Shown here piece after piece: positions 7,133 through 16,397 of a stretch of DNA of 64,000 bases (its first letter is position 1; each line of letters begins with the position of its first letter). The translations under genes were made by a program, and so were the position numbers. The notes beneath the pieces were generated by a model. The model made no database searches. It saw only the letters and a program-made list of their open reading frames with translations, and had not been told where the DNA came from. The DNA is from Candidatus Omnitrophota bacterium (GTDB lineage: Bacteria > Omnitrophota > Gorgyraeia > JABMRN01 > RBG-13-46-9), in contig JADHYM010000002.1 in NCBI GenBank assembly GCA_016782445.1, positions 583 to 64,582 of the forward strand. The letters are read 5' to 3'.

Positions 7133-8374
7133 ATGAAAGAATATAAGAAACTACTCAAGAACAGGGAGTTTGTTCTTTACTCGATAGGCCAGGCTTTTTC
7201 GCAGTTCGGCGACAGGCTTGTTCAGATCGTTCTTATAGGCTACGTGTATAAACGCTGGCCCGGATCGACCTTCCAACTCGCCAAGCTTTTTTCTATCACA
7301 GTGCTGCCATCGTTTATTTTAAGCCCCATAGCCGGAGTCTTCGTGGACCGCTGGGACAGAAAAAAAGTAATGCTAATAAGCGATGTTCTACGCGCCGTGC
7401 TAGTTCTTCTGGTGCCTATTTTTATTCTGAGCACCGAAAGCATTCTCCCTCTTTACGCAGCGCTTTTTTTGATATTTTCCGCTGCCTGTTTCTTTTTGCC
7501 TGCCAAATTCGCGATCATACCCAGGCTTGTGCCGAAAGAGGATATCCTTGTGGCAAACTCCGCCAGCTCCATTGTATGGGTGATTTCCGGCATTGCGGGT
7601 TTTTCTCTCGGTGGAATTCTCGCGGAATGGGCAGGGCTTAAAAATAGTCTCTACGCGAACGCGGCTGTTTACGGCCTTTCCGCGACAAGCTTTCTCATTC
7701 TTTTTCATGCCTCAAAAACAAAAACCTTCGAACCCGGGCCGGTAAAAAAAGAAACTTTTTTGCGGGATTTATCAATTGGATTAAAAACTCTTATTACGGA
7801 TAGAAACGCCAGGCTCGTCGCCGGGCTTTTTTTTACGCTTGCGTCGCTTATAGGGCTTATTTATGTCGTGGGTGTCGTATTCGTTCAGGAAACGCTTAAA
7901 TCAATGACGAAATACGTAGGGCTTTTCGGTATGTTTCTTTTTATTGGTATCCTGGCGGGATCCTACGGTTACGGAAGAGTCGGCCCCAAACTTTCAAAAA
8001 CAAAAACCGTTTCAACATCACTTATCCTAATGGGCATTTCTATTTTGACTTTCTCGCTCGGCCTTGCGTTTACAGGATCGATCCGGCTTGGCGGCGCAGC
8101 GATGTTTTTTCTGGGACTTTTTATAGCGCCCGTTTATATAACTGCGAATACCGTGATCCACGAATCAATCGAACACAAACTCGGCGGCAGGATTTTCAGC
8201 TCCCTTGGCATAGTTATGAACACGGGATTTCTTATTTTCATGCTGGTTTCCTCGCGCCTTGCGGAAAACATGAACAAAATGACCATGCTTCTTTTCTGTG
8301 GATTCTGTTTTATAATCGTGGGAAGCTTGAGTTTTTTGGCAGGCGGACTGAAAAGGACTATTTCTTCTTCTTAG
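7133..8374 (+). CDS. Major facilitator superfamily transporter
   Basis: 413 aa with about 12 hydrophobic segments. A DRWDRKK motif follows TM2, which is the typical MFS loop motif. Confidence 0.8.
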   Translation: MKEYKKLLKNREFVLYSIGQAFSQFGDRLVQIVLIGYVYKRWPGSTFQLAKLFSITVLPSFILSPIAGVFVDRWDRKKVMLISDVLRAVLVLLVPIFILSTESILPLYAALFLIFSAACFFLPAKFAIIPRLVPKEDILVANSASSIVWVISGIAGFSLGGILAEWAGLKNSLYANAAVYGLSATSFLILFHASKTKTFEPGPVKKETFLRDLSIGLKTLITDRNARLVAGLFFTLASLIGLIYVVGVVFVQETLKSMTKYVGLFGMFLFIGILAGSYGYGRVGPKLSKTKTVSTSLILMGISILTFSLGLAFTGSIRLGGAAMFFLGLFIAPVYITANTVIHESIEHKLGGRIFSSLGIVMNTGFLIFMLVSSRLAENMNKMTMLLFCGFCFIIVGSLSFLAGGLKRTISSS

Positions 8375-8534
8375 ATTTTTTAAAGATAAGTGATCCCGCT
8401 TCGTTTATGCACACCTTGTAAAAATTGCAAAGCGGACAGCAAGTATTCTCTTCCCCGCGTTCACCCCTATACCACTTGGTTTCGCAGGTCCAGTAGATCT
8501 GGCATTTTTCGCAACAGCGCAGCCTTTTTCTCAT
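8358..8534 (-). CDS. 58-aa cysteine-rich small protein with a duplicated CC-x2-C-x5-C motif (below the ORF-track cutoff)
   Basis: My own translation is MRKRLRCCEKCQIYWTCETKWYRGERGEENTCCPLCNFYKVCINEAGSLIFKKSKKKK. AAGGA lies 8 nt upstream of the ATG. A sigma70-like promoter lies further upstream on the same strand. Confidence 0.5.
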   Translation of the reverse strand: MRKRLRCCEKCQIYWTCETKWYRGERGEENTCCPLCNFYKVCINEAGSLIFKKSKKKK

Positions 8535-8563
8535 GAATAATTCCTTTTAATTCGTTCGCATTC

Positions 8564-8591
8564 ATTTTACATCAAATTCTTGCGCTGTCAA
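8564..8591 (-). promoter_or_regulatory. Sigma70-like promoter for the Cys-rich small ORF
   Basis: On the minus strand: TTGACA, 16 nt, TAAAAT, about 30 nt upstream of the ATG. Confidence 0.45.
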
Positions 8592-8660
8592 GTTTATTTC
8601 TGTTTACCAGGCTGCAAGCCTACCTACCGGCAGGCAGGCGGGCGTCCTTCCGGCGTCTTG

Positions 8661-8808
8661 CGCGTAAGCTTCCGAGCCGCGCCTACCTCACTGCTCACCC
8701 CATCTATTGTTATAAAGATATCAAAAGGTCGCTGGCGAGGGTGTAAACACAAGTGTATGGCGCAAAAGTTCGCCGCTCGGCAGGCGCGCCTCGGAAGCTT
8801 TATACGCG
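8661..8808. repeat. GC-rich inverted repeat island upstream of rnfC
   Basis: cgcgtaagcttccgagccgcgcc (8661-8683) is nearly the reverse complement of ggcgcgcctcggaagctttatacgcg (8783-8808). The centre contains ggtgtaaacaca, which resembles the core of the GC-rich repeat family at 38855, 54498 and 58105. Confidence 0.55.
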
Positions 8809-8846
8809 GCCAAGACCGCAGCCGAAAGCAATGCAACCAAAACACT

Positions 8847-8874
8847 TTGACTTTAGCATGTATATATGTATAAT
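8847..8874 (+). promoter_or_regulatory. Sigma70-like promoter immediately upstream of rnfC
   Basis: TTGACT, 16 nt, TATAAT. The -10 box ends 10 nt before the preferred rnfC ATG at 8884, which implies a near-leaderless transcript. Confidence 0.4.
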
Positions 8875-8883
8875 TATACTGCT

Positions 8884-10188
8884 ATGTTATCCAATACGTT
8901 TCGTGGTGGAGTTTGTCTTGCCGAGGAAAAAGAACTTACTGTAGGCAAAAAGACAAAAGAGATCCCGGCACCGAAAGAGCTAATCGTGCCCCTCTGCCAA
9001 CATATCGGTTCGCCGAACGAAAGCATTGTAAAAGAAGGTGATGCGGTAAGGGTAGGCCAGGTTCTTGGCGATGCGAAGGCCTTTGTGTCGGCGCCGGTGC
9101 ACTCACCCATTTCAGGTACGGTCAAGTCCGTGCAGAATTTCTTTCACCCTGTCTTCGGAAAATCGCCCGCAGTTTTAATAGAAAACGACGAAAAGCATGA
9201 GCCTCTATCCACCTCTGTAAAGAACGATCCTGCCCGGCTTTCCAAAGAAGAAATTATAACGATAGTAAGAAATGCCGGCATAGTAGGAATGGGCGGCGCG
9301 GCCTTCCCGACACATGTTAAACTTAAAGTTCCGGAGGGAAAAATCATAGATACATTAATCATAAACGGCGCGGAATGTGAACCCTATCTTACCGGTGACC
9401 ACAGGCTCATGATCGAAAAAACAAAAGAAGTCATAGATGGCGTGAATATTGTTTCGCGCGTACTCGGAGCAAAAAAGGTCATTATTGCCGTAGAGTCAAA
9501 TAAGCTTAGCGCTGTTTTCGCAATGAAAAAAGTTATAAAGCCTCCTTTAAAAATAGAGGTGCTTAAAACAAAATATCCGCAAGGCGGGGAAAAACAACTT
9601 ATAAAGGCCATTCTTAAAAAAGAAGTACCCCCGGGAAAGCTTCCTCTTGACGTCGGCGTTTTAGTGCAGAATGTGGGGACCTGCTTCGCAATACAAAATG
9701 CTGTGTGCGATGGAAAGCCTCTTACGGAAAGATGCGTTACCTTTACGGGAAGCTGCCTTAAAGAGCCCGGCAACTATATCGTGAAAGTAGGAACCCGCTT
9801 GAGAGACGTAATTGATTATTGCGGTGGCTTTCTCACGCCACCCGCCAAAATAATATCCGGCGGCCCGATGATGGGGGTTTCGCAGTACACCCTGGATGTC
9901 CCGGTAGTGAAAGGCACCACAGGCGTGCTTTTTCTTTCCGAAAAAGAAGCCGCCATCTGCGAAGAGATGCCGTGCATAAAATGTGCCAAGTGCGTGGACT
10001 CCTGTCCGCTTCGCCTTCTTCCCACCGATATTATGCGCATGGTCAAATATTCAAAGTGGGAATACCTTAAGGAGCTTCACCCTTCCGATTGCGTCGAGTG
10101 CGGGGCCTGCTCTTATGTCTGCCCGAGCAAAATACCGCTTACGCAGTATATAAAACTCGGAAAAATAAAGGAGTTGAATAAAAGATGA
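8884..10188 (+). CDS. rnfC: Rnf electron-transport complex subunit C
   Basis: N-terminus MLSNTFRGGV resembles the RnfC FKGG start. A GMGGAAFPTH nucleotide/FMN-binding motif is present. Two C-terminal 4Fe-4S motifs are present (CIKCAKCVDSCP and CVECGACSYVCP). Confidence 0.92.
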   Translation: MLSNTFRGGVCLAEEKELTVGKKTKEIPAPKELIVPLCQHIGSPNESIVKEGDAVRVGQVLGDAKAFVSAPVHSPISGTVKSVQNFFHPVFGKSPAVLIENDEKHEPLSTSVKNDPARLSKEEIITIVRNAGIVGMGGAAFPTHVKLKVPEGKIIDTLIINGAECEPYLTGDHRLMIEKTKEVIDGVNIVSRVLGAKKVIIAVESNKLSAVFAMKKVIKPPLKIEVLKTKYPQGGEKQLIKAILKKEVPPGKLPLDVGVLVQNVGTCFAIQNAVCDGKPLTERCVTFTGSCLKEPGNYIVKVGTRLRDVIDYCGGFLTPPAKIISGGPMMGVSQYTLDVPVVKGTTGVLFLSEKEAAICEEMPCIKCAKCVDSCPLRLLPTDIMRMVKYSKWEYLKELHPSDCVECGACSYVCPSKIPLTQYIKLGKIKELNKR

Positions 10189-11126
10189 ACGACCCAAAAC
10201 CCTATCTTTCCCCCGGGCCGCATATTTTCGGAAACCAGGAGACGCCCCGGATGGTGAGGGACGTTATTATAGCGCTTATGCCGGCGGTGGCCGTAAGCAT
10301 TTATTTTTTCAGAATACGCGCGTTTCTTTTGATAGTAATATCCATGGCCGCGTGTGTCGGTGCGGAAGCGGCCATACAATTTCTAATGAAAAGAAAAATT
10401 AGGATAACCGACGGAAGCGCGGTAGTTACCGGAATTCTTTTTGCCATGATTATACCGCCGGCGCTTCCTTTGTGGATGGCCGCCCTCGGTTCTTTTGTCG
10501 CCATAGGCATCGCGAAAGAACTTTTCGGAGGCTTGGGCTCAAACATATTCAATCCGGCGCTTTTGGGAAGAGCCTTCCTCATGGCGGCTTTCCCTACTTT
10601 TATGACGGCGTGGAACGCGCCGATTACACTGGACGCTGTTACCGGCGCTACGCCGCTGGGGCTTGTAAAGTTCAGCCATAATCTCGATATAAGCTACCTT
10701 AATTTATTTCTCGGAAACGTATCGGGTTGCATAGGAGAGACCTCGGCTGCGGCGCTTCTCTTGGGAGCGGGATACCTTTTTTTAAGAAAAACCATCGACT
10801 GGAGGATACCGCTTAGCTATCTCGGAACCGTGGCCATTATAAGTTTCATAACAGAAAAAGCCTCTCCCGGCACGTATGCGGGGCCCGCGTTTCATCTTCT
10901 GGCGGGCGGGGTAATAATAGGCGCCTTTTTCATGGCGACGGATCCCGTAACGAGCCCCGTGACAAAAGCCGGACGCTGGATTTTCGGCATAGGCTGCGGT
11001 TTGATTACCATGGTCATAAGGCTCTGGGGAGGCTTGCCGGAAGGTGTCATGTATTCGATACTGCTCATGAACGGGCTTACGCCGATACTTAACCGGATCA
11101 CAAGGCCTAAGAGATACGGAACATAG
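10185..11126 (+). CDS. rnfD: Rnf complex subunit D
   Basis: Polytopic membrane protein with the FFMATDPVTSP motif (FMN attachment region of RnfD/NqrB). ATGA overlap with the rnfC stop. Confidence 0.92.
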   Translation: MNDPKPYLSPGPHIFGNQETPRMVRDVIIALMPAVAVSIYFFRIRAFLLIVISMAACVGAEAAIQFLMKRKIRITDGSAVVTGILFAMIIPPALPLWMAALGSFVAIGIAKELFGGLGSNIFNPALLGRAFLMAAFPTFMTAWNAPITLDAVTGATPLGLVKFSHNLDISYLNLFLGNVSGCIGETSAAALLLGAGYLFLRKTIDWRIPLSYLGTVAIISFITEKASPGTYAGPAFHLLAGGVIIGAFFMATDPVTSPVTKAGRWIFGIGCGLITMVIRLWGGLPEGVMYSILLMNGLTPILNRITRPKRYGT

Positions 11127-11189
11127 AAGCGCAAAACGAAAAGCGCAAAACGAAAAACCAAAACTCAAAACTTAAAACAAGAAATAAAT

Positions 11190-11744
11190 ATGAAAAATAC
11201 AATTAAAATGATAATAGTGCTTACGGTGCTCGGGCTTCTATCGGGAGCCGCACTCGTTTTTATTTACAGATACGCTTCCCCGCTTATCGCGCAAAATCAA
11301 AAAGACGAGACTGAAAAAGCCATTTATAAAATATTTCCCGAAGGAAAAAATTATGACACGCGGATAATCGGCGAGGACAGCGTTTACAAGGTTAAGGATA
11401 AAAATGGTAAATTACTCGGCTATGCATTTCCGGCCTCCGGAAACGGCTATCAGGGCCAGATAGATATGCTGGTAGGTATCCAGCCGGATCTCGCAACGCT
11501 TGCTGGCATAGAGGTTCTGGATTCCCAGGAAACGCCTGGCCTCGGACAGGAGATAACTACGGAAAAATTTGAAAATCAATTTAAGGGGCTTAAAGTCTCG
11601 CCCTCGATCAGCTACGTGAAAAATCAAAAACCCCAGAACCCGAATGAAATCGAAGCGATAACCGGAGCCACGGTCTCATCAAAGGCGGTTGTCACGATAT
11701 TGAACGAAAGAATAGCGAAAATAAAAAAAGATCTAAACAAATGA
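11190..11744 (+). CDS. rnfG: Rnf complex subunit G
   Basis: Single N-terminal TM segment. FMN-binding domain ending in ITGATVSSKAV. Confidence 0.9.
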   Translation: MKNTIKMIIVLTVLGLLSGAALVFIYRYASPLIAQNQKDETEKAIYKIFPEGKNYDTRIIGEDSVYKVKDKNGKLLGYAFPASGNGYQGQIDMLVGIQPDLATLAGIEVLDSQETPGLGQEITTEKFENQFKGLKVSPSISYVKNQKPQNPNEIEAITGATVSSKAVVTILNERIAKIKKDLNK

Positions 11745-12331
11745 TCAAAGATTTTATAAAAGGGCTGTGGCGCGAGAATCCTATTCTTGTGCAGGTACTC
11801 GGCATGTGTCCGACGCTTGCGGTCTCCACTAAGGCGGTTTTCGGGTTTTCGATGGGGCTTGCAACCACTTTCGTTCTTATTTCCTCAAGTGTTACGGTAG
11901 CGCTCATAAAAAAACTTGTTCCTCATGAGGTAAGAATCGCGACCTTCACAGTGATTATCGCGACTTTCGTGACATGCGCGGATTATTTTCTTAAGGCTAA
12001 TTTTTACTCGATAAGCAAGGCCCTCGGGCCCTACGTGCCGCTTATCGTCGTAAATTGTATTATTCTGGGACGGGCGGAAGTTTTCGCCTCAAAGCAGAAT
12101 GTAGCAAGAAGTTTCCTTGACGCGCTCGGCATGGGGTGCGGCTTTACACTTGTTCTCATTGTTCTTGGCTCGATACGCGAGCTCCTCGGATCCGGCACGA
12201 TTTTTAATTACGCCATATTAGGAAAAGGGTTCGAGCACTGGGTTGTCATGGCGCTTCCGGCAGGGGCCTTTATAACACTCGGATTTTTAGTCGGATTATT
12301 TAACTGGATCAATCAAAAATGGCAACGTTAA
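11741..12331 (+). CDS. rnfE: Rnf complex subunit E
   Basis: NPILVQVLGMCPTLAV and IVVNCIILGRAE motifs typical of RnfE/NqrD. Overlaps the rnfG stop. Confidence 0.9.
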   Translation: MIKDFIKGLWRENPILVQVLGMCPTLAVSTKAVFGFSMGLATTFVLISSSVTVALIKKLVPHEVRIATFTVIIATFVTCADYFLKANFYSISKALGPYVPLIVVNCIILGRAEVFASKQNVARSFLDALGMGCGFTLVLIVLGSIRELLGSGTIFNYAILGKGFEHWVVMALPAGAFITLGFLVGLFNWINQKWQR

Positions 12332-12900
12332 TAATAATATTTATTTCTGCGGCTATTACGCACAACTTCGTCCTGACCTATTTTTTGGGAATATGCCCCT
12401 TTATAGGTGTTTCGAAACGCCTCGAGCAGGCTCTCGGTATGGGCCTGGCTACAACGTTTGTCATGACGCTCGCCGCCTGCACAACGTGGGTCGTCTATCA
12501 TTTCGTGCTGCTTAAATTCGGGCTTCCCTTTCTCCAGTACGTGGCGTTTATTCTTATAATCGCGAGCCTCGTTCAGATCGTGGAGATGTTTATAAGAAAA
12601 ACTTCGCCTGTTTTATACAGGGCGCTTGGAATATACCTTCCGCTCATTACCACTAACTGCGCTATCCTCGGTCTCGCGCTTTTCATGGTTATGAGGGAAT
12701 ATACTTTTTTAGAAGCTTTTATTTTCGGACTCGGGGCCGGATGCGGTTTTACGCTGGCGCTTCTCATAATGGCCGGGATACGGGAACAGCTTGAATACTC
12801 GAATATACCAAAGGCGCTTCAGGGCGCCGGGATGACGCTTATCATTGCCGGACTTCTTGCGCTCGCTTTCATGGGTTTCGGCGGGATAGTCAGTGATTAA
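12319..12900 (+). CDS. rnfA: Rnf complex subunit A
   Basis: NFVLTYFLGICPF and LITTNCAILG motifs typical of RnfA/NqrE. Confidence 0.9.
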   Translation: MATLIIIFISAAITHNFVLTYFLGICPFIGVSKRLEQALGMGLATTFVMTLAACTTWVVYHFVLLKFGLPFLQYVAFILIIASLVQIVEMFIRKTSPVLYRALGIYLPLITTNCAILGLALFMVMREYTFLEAFIFGLGAGCGFTLALLIMAGIREQLEYSNIPKALQGAGMTLIIAGLLALAFMGFGGIVSD

Positions 12901-12901
12901 A

Positions 12902-13705
12902 ATGGACAATACGATAGTTATATCCACATTAAGCATGGCGGGTTTGGGGCTTTTCTTTGCGACTCTCCTTGCTTTTGCAAACCAGAAACTTAAAGTCGAA
13001 GAAGATCCGTTTATAGAAAAAATACTTCATGAGCTGCCAGGAATAAACTGCGGGGCCTGCGGGTTTACGAGCTGCCGGCAGTACGCCGAGGCGCTTGCGA
13101 AAAAAGAGGCAGCATCGGACAAGTGCAAAGCAAGCCAAGAAGAGCAAAGGGCAGATCTTGCCCGGCTTCTCGGCGTGAGTCTGAAAACAAAAGTTAAAGA
13201 AGCGGCAGTGGTGCATTGCGGGGCTGATAATTCAATAAGAAAAACAAAGGCTTTGTATACCGGGGTAGAGACGTGCCTGGCGGCGCATAACACGTTTGGC
13301 GGAGAGCTCTTGTGTGACTACGGGTGTTTGGGGTACGGTGATTGCGTACAAGCGTGTCCGTTCGGCGGGATTACGATTGTTAAGGGCCTGCCAAAAATAG
13401 ACAGGGATAAATGCACTGCCTGTGCGAAATGCGTAGTGGCTTGTCCGCGGAAAATAATTTCTATCATGAAAGTAGAAGACACGCAGGTTCTCTACGTTGC
13501 CTGTAGCTCGCAAGACAAAGGCGCCCTTACGAGAAAAACGTGCTCCGTAGGCTGCATTGCCTGCGGCATATGCGAGAAACTAACAGGCAGCGCTTTTTCC
13601 GTTAAAAACAACCTATCAAGCGTGAACGAGGAAAGAATGAGCGGGATAAAAAACAAAGAAGAAGTGTTGAAAAAGTGTCCGACAAAGTGTATTCTAAAAA
13701 TCTAA
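12902..13705 (+). CDS. rnfB: Rnf complex subunit B (ferredoxin-like)
   Basis: N-terminal TM segment, a 4Fe-4S motif LPGINCGACGFTSC, and several CxxCxxCxxxCP ferredoxin motifs. I prefer the ATG at 12902 to the GTG at 12893. Confidence 0.9.
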   Translation: MDNTIVISTLSMAGLGLFFATLLAFANQKLKVEEDPFIEKILHELPGINCGACGFTSCRQYAEALAKKEAASDKCKASQEEQRADLARLLGVSLKTKVKEAAVVHCGADNSIRKTKALYTGVETCLAAHNTFGGELLCDYGCLGYGDCVQACPFGGITIVKGLPKIDRDKCTACAKCVVACPRKIISIMKVEDTQVLYVACSSQDKGALTRKTCSVGCIACGICEKLTGSAFSVKNNLSSVNEERMSGIKNKEEVLKKCPTKCILKI

Positions 13706-13718
13706 AGGAGGTATTAAA

Positions 13719-14048
13719 GTGACAGGAGCCCTTAAGGAGATTAATTCCGATGTTTTCGAGAAAGAGGTTTTAACCTCGGACGTTCCGGTTGTCGTTGATT
13801 TTTGGGCCGAATGGTGCATGCCGTGCAAACTACTTACGCCCGTAGTTGACGAGCTTGCGAGAGGATACGAAGGAAAAGTGAAATTTGCAAAGGTAAACGT
13901 CGATAACAATACCGAGCTTGCGACAAATCTCCAGATATTGAGCATACCCGTTCTTATAGTATTTAATAAAGGGAAAGAAGTAACGCGAATCACAGGCGTA
14001 AACCCTAAGCAGGAAATAGAAAGAGAAATAAACGAGGCCCTTAAATAG
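13719..14048 (+). CDS. trxA: Thioredoxin with CMPC active-site variant
   Basis: VVVDFWAEWCMPCK ... SIPVLIVF is the thioredoxin fold signature. GTG start with AGGAGG upstream. Confidence 0.88.
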   Translation: MTGALKEINSDVFEKEVLTSDVPVVVDFWAEWCMPCKLLTPVVDELARGYEGKVKFAKVNVDNNTELATNLQILSIPVLIVFNKGKEVTRITGVNPKQEIEREINEALK

Positions 14049-15862
14049 TGTACGTACTCGGCATATCCGCATATTACCATGACTCGGCAGCCGCGCTTAT
14101 AAAAGACGGTGAAATAATCGCGGCTGCGCAGGAAGAGCGTTTTACGAGGAAAAAGCACGATTATCGTTTTCCGAAAAACGCGATAAACTACTGCTTTAAA
14201 GAAGCGGGAATATGCGTTAAGGACCTTGAATACGTAGCGTTTTACGATAAGCCTTTCATAAAATTCGAGCGCATACTCGAGACGTATATGGCTCATGCCC
14301 CTTCCGGTTACAGGTCCTTTATAAAGGCCGTTCCCATGTGGATAAAGAAAAAACTATGGATGAAAGACATTATCCAGAAAGAACTTGGCTTTCACGGGAA
14401 AATGATTTTCCCGGAGCACCACGAGTCGCACGCCGCGAGCGCATTTTTCCCCTCGCCTTACAGCGAAGCCGCGATTATCACGGTTGACGGAGTGGGAGAA
14501 TGGGCCACGTCGAGCTTTGGCGCGGGTAAGGACAACCGAATAAGTCTCAACGCGGAAATACGTTTTCCCCATTCTTTAGGGCTTCTTTATTCGGCGTTTA
14601 CCTATTATACGGGCTTCAGGGTAAATTCGGGCGAGTATAAACTCATGGGCCTGGCGCCTTACGGAAAGCCGATTTACAAGGACCTGATACTGAAAGAGCT
14701 CATCAACCTCAAGGAAGACGGGTCCTTTAAGCTCAACATGAAATATTTCAATTATTGCGCCGGGCTTACCATGACGAACAGACGATTTCACGACCTTTTC
14801 GGAATGCCGCCCAGAAAGCCGGAGACCAAGCTGACCCAGAAGTATATGGATATTGCGCGTTCTATCCAGGCGGTCACTGAGGAGGCCATACTTAAAATGG
14901 CGCGCCATGTATATAAGGTTACCGGCAAAGAAAGCCTTGTCCTGGCCGGGGGTGTCGCGCTGAACTGCGTTGCAAACGGAAGAGTATTAAGGGAAACACC
15001 ATTTAAGAACGTCTGGATACAGCCTGCTGCCGGGGATGCCGGAGGAGCGTTGGGTGCTGCGCTTTTTACGTGGTACCAGTATTTGGGCAAAACGCGCTGC
15101 GTTGACAATGTACGGGACCTGCAAAAGGCCACGTATCTCGGGCCATCTTTTACAAGCGAGGAAATAAAGAAGTTTCTTGATGATAAAAAAGTACTTTACG
15201 AGTTTCTTAAAGACAGAGATATAGCGGAAAGAATCGCGGACCTGATCGCTGCGGAAAAAGTCATAGGATGGTTCCAGGGAAGAATGGAGTTTGGCCCGCG
15301 CGCACTCGGCGCAAGAAGTATAATAGGCGACGCCAGATCTGCGAAGATGCAGGAAGTGATGAACCTTAAAATAAAGTTCCGTGAATCCTTCAGACCGTTC
15401 GCGCCTTCTGTTTTGCGGGAAAAGGTGTTTGATTATTTCGGCATGAAAGAAGAAAGCCCGTACATGCTTTTGGTTGCGCCGGTAAAAAAAGAAAAATGCA
15501 AAAGAGTAGAAAATGAAGAAAATCTTTTTGGCCTCACGAAACTTTCAGCTATCCGCTCCGAAGTGCCTGCCGTAACGCACGTGGATTATTCCGCGAGGGT
15601 CCAGACCGTAAAAAGAGAGGACAATCCTGTATTTTACGATATGATGAAAAAATTCGACGAAAAATACAAATGCCCCGTTATTATAAATACTTCGTTTAAC
15701 GTGCGCGGCGAGCCGATCGTCGCGACGCCGGAACACGCGTATCTCTGTTTCATGCGGACAAACATGGATTATCTTATTATAGGTAATTATTTGCTGGAAA
15801 AATCCTCCCAAAAGCCGCTCGATAAGGATATCGACTGGCTCCGGGAGTATGAACTGGATTAA
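14048..15862 (+). CDS. Carbamoyltransferase (NodU/CmcH family)
   Basis: N-terminus YVLGISAYYHDSAAALIKDGEIIAAAQEERFTRKKHD plus the C-terminal carbamoyltransferase region (NTSFNVRGEPIV). 604 aa. Confidence 0.88.
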   Translation: MYVLGISAYYHDSAAALIKDGEIIAAAQEERFTRKKHDYRFPKNAINYCFKEAGICVKDLEYVAFYDKPFIKFERILETYMAHAPSGYRSFIKAVPMWIKKKLWMKDIIQKELGFHGKMIFPEHHESHAASAFFPSPYSEAAIITVDGVGEWATSSFGAGKDNRISLNAEIRFPHSLGLLYSAFTYYTGFRVNSGEYKLMGLAPYGKPIYKDLILKELINLKEDGSFKLNMKYFNYCAGLTMTNRRFHDLFGMPPRKPETKLTQKYMDIARSIQAVTEEAILKMARHVYKVTGKESLVLAGGVALNCVANGRVLRETPFKNVWIQPAAGDAGGALGAALFTWYQYLGKTRCVDNVRDLQKATYLGPSFTSEEIKKFLDDKKVLYEFLKDRDIAERIADLIAAEKVIGWFQGRMEFGPRALGARSIIGDARSAKMQEVMNLKIKFRESFRPFAPSVLREKVFDYFGMKEESPYMLLVAPVKKEKCKRVENEENLFGLTKLSAIRSEVPAVTHVDYSARVQTVKREDNPVFYDMMKKFDEKYKCPVIINTSFNVRGEPIVATPEHAYLCFMRTNMDYLIIGNYLLEKSSQKPLDKDIDWLREYELD

Positions 15863-15865
15863 ATA

Positions 15866-16279
15866 ATGTTAGACGAAATATTAACGATAAAAAGCGAAAA
15901 AAAACATCTCCGGGAATTCGGATTAACAATAGGAATAATCCTGTGCTTTTTGGGCGGAATCGGATTATGGCGCGGTAAAGAAATATACCCGTATTTTTTT
16001 ACGGTGGGCGGAATATTTATCGTGACCGGAGTCTTTATCCCGTTTATTTTAAAACCGCTTCAGAAGGCATGGATGGGATTTTCAATCATTCTGGGATTTT
16101 TTGTAAGCCGCATCATAATGACGATACTTTTTTATTTTGTTCTTACGCCTATCGGTATTATAATGAGGCTCCTGGGAAAGGATCTTTTGGATCAGAAAAT
16201 AGACAAAAATAAAGTATCTTACTGGCATCAGCGCGATGCTAAACAAAAGGACGCGAAAAGTTACGAAAACCAGTACTAA
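15866..16279 (+). CDS. SxtJ-like small membrane protein
   Basis: 137 aa with three or four hydrophobic segments, directly after the carbamoyltransferase. As far as I recall, this is the usual position of SxtJ-family genes. Confidence 0.55.
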   Translation: MLDEILTIKSEKKHLREFGLTIGIILCFLGGIGLWRGKEIYPYFFTVGGIFIVTGVFIPFILKPLQKAWMGFSIILGFFVSRIIMTILFYFVLTPIGIIMRLLGKDLLDQKIDKNKVSYWHQRDAKQKDAKSYENQY

Positions 16280-16285
16280 TAATAC

Positions 16286-16376
16286 GATTACACAGATTTC
16301 TTGCTTCTAAAAAGACGCAACCGTGATTACATAGATAATATTTAATCTGTGTAATCTTTTCCCAATCTGCGTAATC
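16286..16376. repeat. Nested inverted repeats of a 12-bp word between the SxtJ-like and DUF5989-like genes
   Basis: gattacacagat (16286) and gattacatagat (16325) are followed by their complements atctgtgtaatc (16345) and atctgcgtaatc (16365). Confidence 0.8.
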
Positions 16377-16397
16377 AATTTAAAAGAAGGAGAAAAA

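Noticed and set aside
8580-8873. Track ORFs 8580-8873, 8624-8845 and 8753-8944 in the region upstream of rnfC
   Set aside because: They lie in a GC-rich inverted-repeat island. The products are Arg/Pro/Ala-rich with no ribosome-binding site, and the ORFs overlap each other on both strands. I treat this as repeat sequence, not coding.
13694-14296. 200-aa minus-strand ORF overlapping trxA and the carbamoyltransferase start
   Set aside because: Both + strand genes have strong family signatures. The antisense ORF has none.
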